Assembly (NCBI GenBank): GCA_035539855.1
Contig: DATLHO010000153.1
Span: 2,151-66,150 of the forward strand
DNA from: Candidatus Kapaibacterium sp.
Lineage (GTDB): Bacteria > Bacteroidota > Ignavibacteria > OLB7
Length of the DNA: 64,000 nt
Reading direction: 5' to 3'
The first letter of the stretch is position 1. Every line of letters begins with the position of its first letter. A model generated the notes under the pieces. That model did no database searches. It was not told the DNA's origin and was given only the letters and a program-made list of their open reading frames with translations. Shown here piece after piece: positions 52,325 to 61,697 of the stretch. Both the position numbers and the translations under genes were made by a program.

Positions 52325-54262
52325 CTATTTGTAGCTGCGCTGTGAGGGCTTGACGAACTCGAAGTCGAGCTCCTCCTTGTGCATCATCGGGGTCGCGCCT
52401 TCGCCGGCAAACTCCCAGCAGCCGACGAACCGGAAGTTCTCGTCGTCGCGCTGGGCCTCGCCCTCCTCGGTCTGGTACTCCTCGCGGAAGTGACCGCCGC
52501 AGGACTCCTCGCGCTGCAGGGCGTCGCGAGCCATGAGCTCGCCGAGCTCCATGTAGTCGGCGACACGTCCGGCGAACTCGAGGTGCTTGTTCATCATGTC
52601 CTGCGAGCCGGGGACGCGCAGGTTCGACCAGAACTCTTCGCGTAGCGCCGCGATCGCGGTGATCGCGTGCTCGAGGCCGGCGCGGTTGCGCGCCATGCCG
52701 ACGTTGTCCCACATGATCTGCCCGAGCTCGCGATGGAACTGGGTCGGGCTCTTGGTGCCCTTGATGTCGAGCAGTCGCTGCAAGCGCGCGCGCGACGCCT
52801 CGACGGCCTCGCCGACCTCCGGCGAGCTCTCGCTGATCGGCGCGAGCGTCGTGCCGGCGATGTAGTTGCCGAGCGTGTGCGAGATGACGAAGTACCCGTC
52901 GGCCAGTCCCTGCATCAGCGCGCTGGCGCCGAGGCGATTCGCGCCGTGGTCGGAGAAGTTCGCCTCGCCGAGCACGAACAGACCGGGCACCGTGCTCTGC
53001 AGCTCGTAGTCGACCCAGAGGCCGCCCATCGTGTAGTGCACAGCCGGATAGATGCGCATCGGCGTCTGGTACGGGTCGTCGCCGGTGATCTTCTCGTACA
53101 TCTCGAAGAGGTTGCCGTAGCGCTCGGCGATGGTCTGACGGCCGAGGCGCTTGATCGAGTCGGCGAAGTCGAGGTAGACCGCCATGCCGGTCTCACCCAC
53201 GCCCTTGCCCGCGTCGGCCATCTCCTTCGCGTTGCGCGATGCGACGTCGCGCGGGACGAGGTTGCCGAAGCTCGGGTACTTGCGCTCCAGGAAGTAGTCG
53301 CGCTCGCCCTCGGGGATCTGATCGGCCGTGCGCTTCTCGCCGGGATTCTTCGGAACCCAGACGCGACCGTCGTTGCGGAGGCTTTCGCTCATCAGCGTGA
53401 GCTTCGACTGGTAGTCGCCGCTGACGGGAATGCACGTCGGATGGATCTGCGTGAACGCGGGGTTGGCGAAGAACGCGCCGCGGCGATAGCATCGCCAGGC
53501 CGCGGTGACGTTCGAGTTGCGCGCGTTCGTCGAGAGGTAGTAGACGTTGCCGTAGCCGCCGGTGCACAGCAGCACCGCGCTGCCGACGTGGCGCTCGAGC
53601 TCGCCGGTCGCGAGGTTGCGCGCGACGATGCCGCGGGCGCGGCCGTCGGCGACGATGAGATCGACCATCTCGTGCCGCGCGTACATCTCGACCTTGCCGA
53701 GGTCGACCATGCGCATCATCGCCTGGTAGGCGCCGAGCAGAAGCTGCTGGCCGGTCTGGCCGCGGGCGTAGAACGTGCGCGAGACCTGCGCGCCGCCGAA
53801 CGAGCGGTTCGACAGCAGTCCGCCGTACTCGCGGGCGAACGGAACGCCCTGGGCGACGCACTGGTCGATGATGCGATTCGAGTTCTGCGCCAGACGGTAG
53901 ACGTTGCCTTCGCGGGCGCGATAGTCACCGCCCTTGATCGTGTCGTAGAACAGACGGTAGATCGAGTCTCCGTCCTCGGGGTAGTTCTTCGCGGCGTTGA
54001 TGCCGCCCTGCGCGGCGATGCTGTGCGCGCGACGGGCGGAATCCTGGATGCAGAACGCCTTGACGTTGTAGCCGAGCTCGCCGAGCGAGGCGGCCGCGGC
54101 GGCGCCGGCCAGGCCGGTGCCGACGACGATGATCGTGTGCTTGCGCTTGTTGTTCGGGTTGACCAGCCGGCAGGAGTTCAGGTAGTTCGACCATTTCTGA
54201 TCGAGGGGACCGCTCGGAATCTTCGCTTCGAGCTTCGGGTGCGTCGTAACGGTCTGGCTCAT
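52325..54262 (-). CDS. sdhA: Succinate dehydrogenase/fumarate reductase flavoprotein subunit.
   Basis: The FAD Rossmann ([14 protein letters not shown]), the covalent-FAD His region ([15 protein letters not shown]) and the active-site motifs. The N-terminus matches the Bacteroides FrdA-type start. The start was set at the internal MSQTV. Confidence 0.9.
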   Translation of the reverse strand: MSQTVTTHPKLEAKIPSGPLDQKWSNYLNSCRLVNPNNKRKHTIIVVGTGLAGAAAAASLGELGYNVKAFCIQDSARRAHSIAAQGGINAAKNYPEDGDSIYRLFYDTIKGGDYRAREGNVYRLAQNSNRIIDQCVAQGVPFAREYGGLLSNRSFGGAQVSRTFYARGQTGQQLLLGAYQAMMRMVDLGKVEMYARHEMVDLIVADGRARGIVARNLATGELERHVGSAVLLCTGGYGNVYYLSTNARNSNVTAAWRCYRRGAFFANPAFTQIHPTCIPVSGDYQSKLTLMSESLRNDGRVWVPKNPGEKRTADQIPEGERDYFLERKYPSFGNLVPRDVASRNAKEMADAGKGVGETGMAVYLDFADSIKRLGRQTIAERYGNLFEMYEKITGDDPYQTPMRIYPAVHYTMGGLWVDYELQSTVPGLFVLGEANFSDHGANRLGASALMQGLADGYFVISHTLGNYIAGTTLAPISESSPEVGEAVEASRARLQRLLDIKGTKSPTQFHRELGQIMWDNVGMARNRAGLEHAITAIAALREEFWSNLRVPGSQDMMNKHLEFAGRVADYMELGELMARDALQREESCGGHFREEYQTEEGEAQRDDENFRFVGCWEFAGEGATPMMHKEELDFEFVKPSQRSYK

Positions 54263-54966
54263 ACCGATGCCTCGCGCAGGTAAATCCAGATTGGGAGGAA
54301 AAGGAAGCCGAGCGCAAGCAGCAGGCCCAGCACGAACGCCACCGAGTAGATTGCCTTGGACATGCGCGGCTTCATCGCGCCGAGCGACTGAAGCATGCTC
54401 CAGACGCCGTGTCGCAGATGGAAGCCGAGCAGTGCCGTGGCGACGACGTAGAAGATCACCCACCCGATGTTGCGGAAGGTCTCGACGACCAGCAGATGCA
54501 GGTTGCGCGCCTCCTTGCCGTCGAGCGTCGTGACGTATCCGTCGGCGACACCGGGACCGAAGCGGAACTGCCAGATGTGCACGACGAGGAAGATCAGCAG
54601 CACGATGCCGGTGATCGCCATCGTGCGCGAGCTCAGACCCTGTCGGCTTTCGCCTCCGCGGCTCTTGTACACCTCGTAGCCCTGTGCGCGCGCCTTCTTC
54701 CGGCGCAGCGCGATCGCGATGCCGAGGTAGGCGTGCAGCAGGATCACCAGCGCCAGCATGATCTCGACGAACACGAGCAATCCACCGAATCCACTGAGGA
54801 ACGCGGTGTAGCGATTGAACGGATCGGGATTGGTCTGGAGGAGGCTGAGGTTGCCCGAGAGGTGGGCGATGACGAAGGCGACGAGAAGGATGCCGGTGAT
54901 CCCAGTGAGGAGCTTTCGCCCCACCTGGGAGGAAAGGGCATCGAGAAATTTTGCGTGCGTACTCAT
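54259..54966 (-). CDS. sdhC: Succinate dehydrogenase cytochrome b558 subunit (single large diheme membrane anchor).
   Basis: Five transmembrane helices with conserved His ligands, in the B. subtilis/Bacteroides type-B layout. Its stop overlaps the sdhA start. Confidence 0.8.
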   Translation of the reverse strand: MSTHAKFLDALSSQVGRKLLTGITGILLVAFVIAHLSGNLSLLQTNPDPFNRYTAFLSGFGGLLVFVEIMLALVILLHAYLGIAIALRRKKARAQGYEVYKSRGGESRQGLSSRTMAITGIVLLIFLVVHIWQFRFGPGVADGYVTTLDGKEARNLHLLVVETFRNIGWVIFYVVATALLGFHLRHGVWSMLQSLGAMKPRMSKAIYSVAFVLGLLLALGFLFLPIWIYLREASV

Positions 54967-55035
54967 AGGAGGACGGAAAATTACGACAACGCGTGAGAAG
55001 TACGATGTTGCATTACGTAGCGCTTCGGTCTCGGC

Positions 55036-55806
55036 TCAGGAGAGTGCGTCGAGCGCCGACCGCGTCGCGGCCGGATCGTTGGTAATGATGGCGTCGACGC
55101 CCAGATGCACGCAGCGTGCGATCTCCTTCGGTCGATCGACGGTGTAGACGATAACGGCGAGGCCGTGCATGTGCGCGTCACGCACGCGGTCGGTTCGAAG
55201 CTGCGAGCGCGCCATGACGACCGCCTGGGCGCCCACCCTCAGCGCGGCGCGCGAAGGCGCGCCGAAGTCGAGCGGTTTGAGAAGGACCCCGCGCGCGATA
55301 TCCGGGGCCCGATCGCGCAGCGCCGCGACGAGGCGATGATCGAACGAGGAGAGGAGCACCGAGCGCGACGTGCCGGTCGCGCGCACGGCGTCGACGACGG
55401 CTTCGGCGAGCGAGAGGTCTCCCCCGCTCTTGAGCTCGATGTTGACGATGAGATGCGTCCCGAGCAATTCGAGCACCGCGGCGAGCGTCGGGACGCGCTC
55501 GTCCGAGAATCCCGTATCGAACCAGCTTCCGCAGTCGAGCTCGCCGAGGGCGTCGATGCCGATCGACGAGAGCCGGCCTCGACGGCCGGTCGTGCGGCGC
55601 AGCGTGCGATCGTGATGCACGACGGCGATGCCGTCGCTGGTCAGTTGCACGTCGAGCTCGACGCCGTCGGCGCCATCGTCGACGGCGCGGCGGAACGCTG
55701 CGATCGTATTCTCCGGCGCCGACGCCGACGCGCCCCGATGCGCGATCACCAGCGGTAACCGCTCCGTGCGCGGCCACTCGAACGGCAGGCGCGCCGGCCT
55801 GCTCAC
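55036..55806 (-). CDS. Glycerophosphodiester phosphodiesterase (GDPD).
   Basis: The GDPD motif (VIAHRGAS…PENT…AF, E.D.Q.T.DG…V.HD). No in-frame ATG precedes the domain, so the GTG at 55806 is used; it overlaps the fmt stop (GTGA). Confidence 0.7.
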   Translation of the reverse strand: MSRPARLPFEWPRTERLPLVIAHRGASASAPENTIAAFRRAVDDGADGVELDVQLTSDGIAVVHHDRTLRRTTGRRGRLSSIGIDALGELDCGSWFDTGFSDERVPTLAAVLELLGTHLIVNIELKSGGDLSLAEAVVDAVRATGTSRSVLLSSFDHRLVAALRDRAPDIARGVLLKPLDFGAPSRAALRVGAQAVVMARSQLRTDRVRDAHMHGLAVIVYTVDRPKEIARCVHLGVDAIITNDPAATRSALDALS

Positions 55807-56759
55807 TCGAACCGCTCTCCGGGTGTCACCGGCCGACCGCGAAGATACTCCTCCGCGCTCATCGCCCGACGACCCTCCGGCTGCACGATCAATACCTCGA
55901 GCCGCGACGAGCGGCACTCGACGAAGAGACGCCTGCCGTCGCTCGACAGCGCGCCGGGATGCGTGTCGCTCGCGTCGCCGGTCATCGTCTGGTCGGCGAC
56001 GGCTTCGACGACCGATCGGCTTCGGAGGACCTTCACCATCGTGCCGCCGCGGTGCGTGAACGCACCGGGATGCGGCGAGAGTCCCCGGATGAAGTCGTGG
56101 ACACGCTCGGCCGGAAGATCCCACTCGATGCGACAGTCGTCGCGGAAGATCTTCGGCGCTGGCGTCGCCTGCGTGTCGTCCTGGATCCGCGGCTCGACGG
56201 CGTCGCGCTCGATCAGTCCGAGCGTCTCGACCACCGCTTCGGCGCCGACCGACATGAGCACGTCGTGGAGCTCGCCAGCGGTCGTCTCCGGATCGATCGT
56301 CACGCGTCGCTGCAGGATCATCGAGCCGGTGTCGACCGTCCGTCGCAGGAAGAACGTCGTCACGCCGGATTCGGTCTCGCCGTTGATCAACGCCCAGTTG
56401 ATCGGCGCGGCGCCGCGGTACTTCGGCAGCAGCGACGCGTGCAGGTTGAAGCTGCCGCGCGAGGGAATCGAGAAGATCGACTCGGGCAGAATCCGGAACG
56501 CGACGACGCAGATGACGTCGGGACTCTTCGAGCGAACGAGCTGCTCGAACCCGGGATCCTTCAACGACTCGGGAGTGGCGACCTCGAGCCCGCGCTCGAG
56601 CGCGAAGCGCTTGACGTCGGACTGGATCGTCTTCAATCCCCTGCCCTTCTGCCGATCCGGCGTCGTCACGACCAGGGGCACGACGTATCCGGCGTCGACG
56701 ATCGCGCGCAGCGATTCGACGGCGAACTCCGGCGTCCCCATGAAGATCACTCGCATCAT
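55803..56759 (-). CDS. fmt: Methionyl-tRNA formyltransferase.
   Basis: MRVIFMGTPEFAV…, the formyltransferase SLLP motif (HASLLPKYRGAAPINWA) and the C-terminal domain. The start was set at the internal Met; it overlaps the miaE stop (ATGA). Confidence 0.85.
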   Translation of the reverse strand: MMRVIFMGTPEFAVESLRAIVDAGYVVPLVVTTPDRQKGRGLKTIQSDVKRFALERGLEVATPESLKDPGFEQLVRSKSPDVICVVAFRILPESIFSIPSRGSFNLHASLLPKYRGAAPINWALINGETESGVTTFFLRRTVDTGSMILQRRVTIDPETTAGELHDVLMSVGAEAVVETLGLIERDAVEPRIQDDTQATPAPKIFRDDCRIEWDLPAERVHDFIRGLSPHPGAFTHRGGTMVKVLRSRSVVEAVADQTMTGDASDTHPGALSSDGRRLFVECRSSRLEVLIVQPEGRRAMSAEEYLRGRPVTPGERFE

Positions 56760-57331
56760 CCGTGCATCGTCGGTTTCGAATCGAGTGTCATCACGATCTC
56801 GGCCTCGCGCGTCGAGAGCTCGTCGAGCCGCGCGCGAACCTCCGCCTCCGGATAGTACTCGCACGCGATGTCATAGAACGTCCGGTAATGACCGGCTTCG
56901 GAGGCGAGCAGCGACGCGTAGAACGCGCGCAGCTCCTCGTCGGGCACGTGCCGGCTCAGCAGCGAGAACCGCTCGCACGACCGGGCCTCGATCAGCGCCG
57001 CGACCAGCAGCAGGTCCATCATCCGACCGGGCTCGCCCTTTCGCACCTCTCGGTGCAGCGCCTGCGCGTACGGGTCGCCGGGATCGTGCTCGAGCACCGT
57101 GCCGCGCCGGCGGATGTAGTCATAGACGAGCTCGAAGTGCTCCATCTCCTCGCGCGCCAGGGCGATCATCTCGCGTACGAGACGGTCGCGCTCGGGGTAT
57201 CGGCTCACGAGCGCCATCGCGTTGACCGCCGCCTTCTTCTCGCAGTGCGCGTGATCGAGGAGCACGCGATCGAGGTCGGTCTGGGCGACGGCAATCCATC
57301 CGGGCTGGGACGGGGCCTTCAAGCAGAGCAT
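56756..57331 (-). CDS. miaE: tRNA-(ms2io6A)-hydroxylase MiaE (ferritin-like diiron).
   Basis: DHAHCEKKAAVNAMAL, EEMEHF, IEARSCERF and SEAGHY align closely with Salmonella MiaE. Confidence 0.85.
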   Translation of the reverse strand: MLCLKAPSQPGWIAVAQTDLDRVLLDHAHCEKKAAVNAMALVSRYPERDRLVREMIALAREEMEHFELVYDYIRRRGTVLEHDPGDPYAQALHREVRKGEPGRMMDLLLVAALIEARSCERFSLLSRHVPDEELRAFYASLLASEAGHYRTFYDIACEYYPEAEVRARLDELSTREAEIVMTLDSKPTMHG

Positions 57332-57443
57332 CGTTCGTTCAGGGGTCAGGGAGTTCGAGCGGCCCGCCGCCAATATCCACCATCCGCTCGGTCGCAAGCC
57401 TGACATCCGACATATCTCGAAAAGTATCCGAAGCGCGAGCCGC

Positions 57444-58208
57444 TCACGAGAGCTGCCGGATCACGAAGTAGATCGCGAACACCAGCATGACGACGCCATA
57501 GGTGCGCTCGAGCGTCCTCGTGCGCATCGTCGACGCCCATCGGGCGCCGATGAAGCCGAAGGGAATCACGCCGGCCGACAGCAGCAGCGCCGTCGGCCAC
57601 AGGATGTTGCCTTCGATCGCGTGGCCGATCGTGCCGGGGATAGCAAGCGCGGCGACGCAGAAGAGCGACGTCGCGACGGCCTCCTTCGTCTCCATGCGAA
57701 GGATCTTGACGAACACCGGCACGAGCACGATGCCTCCGCCGATCGCCAGAAAGCCGGAGATGAAGCCCGCGATCGCGCCGCCGGCGAAGAGCATCCACGC
57801 GGGCCGCTCGGCGTGAACCGGCGCCGGGAGCGCGGGATCGACCGCCCGGGCAAATCCCCGCTCGATGAACAGCCACGCCGAGTAGGCGAGGATGAGCCCC
57901 GTGAGCACCATCAGCAGCGTCCCGGGCGTGCGGCCGGTCAGCAGCACGCCGACCTGGCTCATCGGAATCGCGGCCGCCAGAGCGCGCCATGCGACGTCGA
58001 AGCGCACCATGCGCGAGCGGATGTAGACGATCGATCCCGAGATCGCCGCCGGGATCGCGGCCGGCAGCGGAGTCGCGACCGAATGGATCTCCGAGAGGCC
58101 GAGAATCAGCCGCAGCAGCGGCGTCGCCAGGAGAGCGCCTCCGACGCCGAACATGCCGGAGTTGAGCCCGATGAACGTACCGATGAGGACCGTGATCACT
58201 TCAGTCAT
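57444..58208 (-). CDS. Sulfite exporter TauE/SafE family membrane protein.
   Basis: Eight transmembrane helices with an internally duplicated 4-TM repeat and Gly-rich motifs (GxGGG). The start was set at the internal MTEVITV. Confidence 0.75.
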   Translation of the reverse strand: MTEVITVLIGTFIGLNSGMFGVGGALLATPLLRLILGLSEIHSVATPLPAAIPAAISGSIVYIRSRMVRFDVAWRALAAAIPMSQVGVLLTGRTPGTLLMVLTGLILAYSAWLFIERGFARAVDPALPAPVHAERPAWMLFAGGAIAGFISGFLAIGGGIVLVPVFVKILRMETKEAVATSLFCVAALAIPGTIGHAIEGNILWPTALLLSAGVIPFGFIGARWASTMRTRTLERTYGVVMLVFAIYFVIRQLS

Positions 58209-58215
58209 AAGGCAG

Positions 58216-59376
58216 TCAGCCGCCCCCGGGCGCGTAGGGCCGATACACGAGAGCGAATCCCGCCTGGACGTAGAGGAGCGTGCCGTTGAGTCGCTCGTCG
58301 TAGCCCGACATCGACATGATCGAGGCGCCGGCCCGCGTGCGCAGGTCGACGTGCGTGCCGACGTCGAAGGCGATCCGATAGCCGACCATCGCACCGACAT
58401 CGAAGCCGCCGCGAAGCCCGGTGCGCAGGGGCTCGTCGCGCTCATCGGTCGGCTCGGTGCGCAGCGAGTGCATTGCGAGGCCGGCCAGCGGCGTGATCGC
58501 CCAGCGACCGAAGCGCGCTTCGTAACCACCGACGACCGAGCCGGCGAGCATCGGAAGGTCGCCCGACGGCCACACGACACCTCCGGCGACGAACGGAGAC
58601 GGCGCATGCGCGACGCCGACGTTCAGCTCGAGGATCACCGTCAGCGCGTCGTAGTACGCCTCGCCAGCAAGCGTGGCGCCGTAGGCAGCGTCGATTGCCT
58701 CGCTCGCATCGCCGAGGACGTTCGCGGAGCGGTAGCCGGCGCTGAAGGCCATGCCGAAGCGATCCTCTCGGTACACGCCGATGATGCTGGCTCGCACGAC
58801 CGCCGCGCGCCAGCTGCCGTCGTACGCCGAGGCGAAGCTCTCGGCCCGCGCGCCCAGGTCGCCGCGCCCGCGCAGACCGCGCAGGTGCAGGTGGTTGAGG
58901 AGCAGATTCAGAAACCGCCGATCCTCGTCGCTCGGGCCGCCCTCGTCGTAGCGCGCGGCGATGCGCTGGGCGCTGGTTCTGATGAGCTCTCGGAGCGATT
59001 CGGCGTGCTCGTCGGCGAACGGTCCTACGCCGCTCTCGGTCGACGCCGCGGCGAGCAGCCTCGAGATCGCGGAGCTGTCCTCGACGACGTCCGTCGCGGG
59101 CAGCGCGACGAGAAGCGCAAGACGCTCGTAGCCACTGAGCCATGCGGGTGACTCGCCTCGACGACGCTCGTCGAGCAGGGCGATCGTCTCGCGCACGGTC
59201 GCCGAATCAGCCCGGCGCGCCGCGTCGACGACGAAGGCGCGCGCGCTCTCGACGAACGGAAGGTCGCGGCGGAAGTCGGCGATCCGTCGCTCCAGCGTCG
59301 CGGGCTGCGCCGCGAGCGGCAGCGAGAGACCGACGATTCCGGCGAGCGTCGCGAGCCCGAGCCGCGGCCTAGGCAT
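58216..59376 (-). CDS. Hypothetical secreted protein (signal peptide), unknown function.
   Basis: An N-terminal signal peptide (LATLAGIVGLSLPLAAQP). It is Ala/Gly-rich with no recognisable domain. Confidence 0.45.
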   Translation of the reverse strand: MPRPRLGLATLAGIVGLSLPLAAQPATLERRIADFRRDLPFVESARAFVVDAARRADSATVRETIALLDERRRGESPAWLSGYERLALLVALPATDVVEDSSAISRLLAAASTESGVGPFADEHAESLRELIRTSAQRIAARYDEGGPSDEDRRFLNLLLNHLHLRGLRGRGDLGARAESFASAYDGSWRAAVVRASIIGVYREDRFGMAFSAGYRSANVLGDASEAIDAAYGATLAGEAYYDALTVILELNVGVAHAPSPFVAGGVVWPSGDLPMLAGSVVGGYEARFGRWAITPLAGLAMHSLRTEPTDERDEPLRTGLRGGFDVGAMVGYRIAFDVGTHVDLRTRAGASIMSMSGYDERLNGTLLYVQAGFALVYRPYAPGGG

Positions 59377-59938
59377 CGGGGCGCCCGCCGCCGGCGACGA
59401 TCGTCTCGGCCGCTCCCTGGAGCTGGCCGACGAGCGCCGTGTCGGTGCCGACGACGAACACCTGCAGCACGAGCTCGCGTCCGGTCTTCGGGTCCTTGAA
59501 GTTCTTGAACATCCCGGTGCGGATCGTCTCGCGCTGGTGGATGACGTACTTCTCCTCGTCGATGAACGTGCGCTCGCGCCACTCGACCGTCTCGCCGGCG
59601 ATCGTCGAGCGCGTGTGCGATGTCTCGAGCGTGTCGGCGATATGCTCGACGGGCGACGACGTGACGTTGATCACGAGAATCCCGCGCTGGACATCGCCGT
59701 CGTCGTCGGGATTGATGATGATGAACGAATCGTAGGCGGCGTCACGCGTCCAGTCGGCATCGAAGTCGACCGGGACGGTGAGGTTGAGCTGCGGCGCGCG
59801 GGTGTTCTTCGGCTCCAGCAGCAGGTTCTTCGTGGGGATTCCCTTGAGCAGCACGGTGTGATCGCGCCTCGTGGCGCAGCCGCCGGCGGTGACGGCGACG
59901 GCGAGCAGCACGATCGACAATGACCTCGAAGGACGCAT
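59369..59938 (-). CDS. Hypothetical lipoprotein (paralogue 1 of a tandem pair).
   Basis: A lipobox (VTAGGCAT). The start was set at the internal MRPSRS. It is paralogous to the adjacent upstream lipoprotein. Confidence 0.5.
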   Translation of the reverse strand: MRPSRSLSIVLLAVAVTAGGCATRRDHTVLLKGIPTKNLLLEPKNTRAPQLNLTVPVDFDADWTRDAAYDSFIIINPDDDGDVQRGILVINVTSSPVEHIADTLETSHTRSTIAGETVEWRERTFIDEEKYVIHQRETIRTGMFKNFKDPKTGRELVLQVFVVGTDTALVGQLQGAAETIVAGGGRPDA

Positions 59939-59964
59939 GGCGGACCTCCCACCCGTTGTGAGTC

Positions 59965-60621
59965 TCACGGTACGATGCTGATCGACTCGGCGGACTTCAT
60001 CAGCTCGGCGACGCGCGCCGGATCGCTGCCGGCGACGTAGACATGCAGGTGCAGCGGCGTTCGCGCGAGCTCGGACGAGAGCTGGGCGAAGATGTCGGCG
60101 CTGCGCAGATCGCGCTTCAGGTAGCGTCCACCCCCTTCGATCGTCTCCTCGGCAAGCCGCCACTCCAATGGCTGTCCCGCGACGAGCACGCGCTCGCCGG
60201 CGACCGTTGATTCGCCCGCGAACGGCTGCTGCGGCGTCGGTCCCACGTAGATGCGCATGTAGCCGGGCGTCACCGCCGTCGAATCCTCGAGCCCGGGATC
60301 GTCGGTGTGCACGATGAAGAACAGATCGTCCGGCATCCGCGAGGCGCCCTTGACCTGGTAGCCATCCGGGAGCGTGATCCAGAGATCCGGCGCCGGCGTG
60401 ATCGACGTCGGAAGCTGAAAGCGACCCGGCGGAAGATCCGTCGTCAGACGCGCGGACGTATCTCGCGCGAGGCTGTCGCGAGCGATGCTGTCACGACGCT
60501 CGATGCTGTCGCGGCGCGCGCGCTCGTTGGCGGTCGGGTCGCGCGCGGTTTCGGTGCACGCGGCGAGACAGAGCCCGGCGAGCGTGGCGCAGAGCATCGC
60601 GGCAGCCGACGGCCGCCTCAT
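59965..60621 (-). CDS. Hypothetical lipoprotein (paralogue 2) with an Arg/Asp/Ser-repeat linker.
   Basis: A lipobox (LCLAAC) and an RDSI(E/A)R low-complexity repeat. Its C-terminal domain aligns with paralogue 1 (FIVHTDDPG/FIIINPDDDG; LEWR…; LHVYVAGSD/LQVFVVGTD). Confidence 0.5.
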   Translation of the reverse strand: MRRPSAAAMLCATLAGLCLAACTETARDPTANERARRDSIERRDSIARDSLARDTSARLTTDLPPGRFQLPTSITPAPDLWITLPDGYQVKGASRMPDDLFFIVHTDDPGLEDSTAVTPGYMRIYVGPTPQQPFAGESTVAGERVLVAGQPLEWRLAEETIEGGGRYLKRDLRSADIFAQLSSELARTPLHLHVYVAGSDPARVAELMKSAESISIVP

Positions 60622-61265
60622 GCGAACGTCCCCAGGTGCTCGCGCAGCCGATCGGCGATCTCGGGGCGCGCCTCGATCACGTCGTGCACCGTCAGCAGCG
60701 GATGCACTTTCAGGCCGGTCGACTTCTCGAGCTCCTCGCGCGCGGTCCCGCTGCCACGCTCCAGCGGCTCGCCGCGATCGAACGCGATGAGGAATCCGAG
60801 CGACTCGCAGCCGGCGTCGCGGAGCTTCTCGATCGACTCGAGCTTCGTGCCGCCGGTCGTGATCACATCGTCGACGATCGCCGCCTTGTCGCCGCGATTG
60901 AGCACGCCGAGAAAGGCGCTCTTGTCGCCGTGACTCTTCGCCTCCTTGCGATCACTCACCGCACGGATGTTCTCCCGCGCTCCTCCCTGCATCGCGATCG
61001 CGGTCGCCGTCGCGATGGGAATCCCCTTGTACGCCGAGCCGAAGACCACCGTCGCCTCGTCGAAGTCCGGCGTCAACTGCAGCAGTCCCGCGTACAGCCG
61101 GCCCAGCGTCGCGAGCTGGCGGCCGTTGCACAGCGAGCCCGTGTTGAAGAAGTACGGCGACGTGCGTCCGCTCTTGAGCGTGAACTCCCCGAAGGTGAGC
61201 ACGCCCTCGCTCATGAAGAACTCGAGCGCTTCGGTCCGCAGGTCGGTGAAATCGTAGAGATGCAT
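60618..61265 (-). CDS. pyrE: Orotate phosphoribosyltransferase.
   Basis: The PRPP-binding motif (AIVDDVITTGGT) and overall PyrE collinearity. Confidence 0.85.
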   Translation of the reverse strand: MHLYDFTDLRTEALEFFMSEGVLTFGEFTLKSGRTSPYFFNTGSLCNGRQLATLGRLYAGLLQLTPDFDEATVVFGSAYKGIPIATATAIAMQGGARENIRAVSDRKEAKSHGDKSAFLGVLNRGDKAAIVDDVITTGGTKLESIEKLRDAGCESLGFLIAFDRGEPLERGSGTAREELEKSTGLKVHPLLTVHDVIEARPEIADRLREHLGTFA

Positions 61266-61327
61266 CGGTGCGTGTTTCGATTGCGGTCGTGTGATGGCGT
61301 GGTGCGCGCGCGGCCTGTCCGCGCGCC

Positions 61328-61660
61328 TCAGATCGCGAGATCCTCCGGAACGTCGATAATCATGCGGAGCATCGCCGAGGAAAGCGTCTTGCCCTGGGCA
61401 TCGAGCTTCAGCGAGACTGTGCCGCCGCCGCCGAGCGTGTTGTGCAGCAGGAAGTTGAGCGCGTGGAGATTCGGCAGCTCGAAGCGCTCGACCGGTCCGT
61501 GACAGATGCCGGTGAAGTGCTCCTTGACGCGCTTGGTCGTCAGCGCCGCGGCGATGATCGGATAGTACTCGGGCCGGCGCGCGATGACGCCGACGTTGCC
61601 GGCATCGCCCTTGTCGCCCGAGCGCGCGTGCGCCAGTGAGAGTAGCTGGACCTGTTTCAT
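61328..61660 (-). CDS. DUF4387-family small protein (partner of AtuA-like proteins).
   Basis: About 110 aa with a GDKGD motif. The conserved gene-neighbourhood is an inference from position downstream of the AtuA-like gene. Confidence 0.55.
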   Translation of the reverse strand: MKQVQLLSLAHARSGDKGDAGNVGVIARRPEYYPIIAAALTTKRVKEHFTGICHGPVERFELPNLHALNFLLHNTLGGGGTVSLKLDAQGKTLSSAMLRMIIDVPEDLAI

Positions 61661-61697
61661 GCTCGCTCCCCGTATGAAAGACTACGACAGTGAATGT

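Noticed and set aside
55036-56124. The extended 362-aa ORF for the GDPD gene, overlapping fmt by about 320 nt.
   Set aside because: The N-terminal 106 aa are Arg-rich junk antisense/out-of-frame to fmt. The conserved GDPD domain begins right after a GTG that overlaps the fmt stop, so the gene was truncated to 55036-55806.
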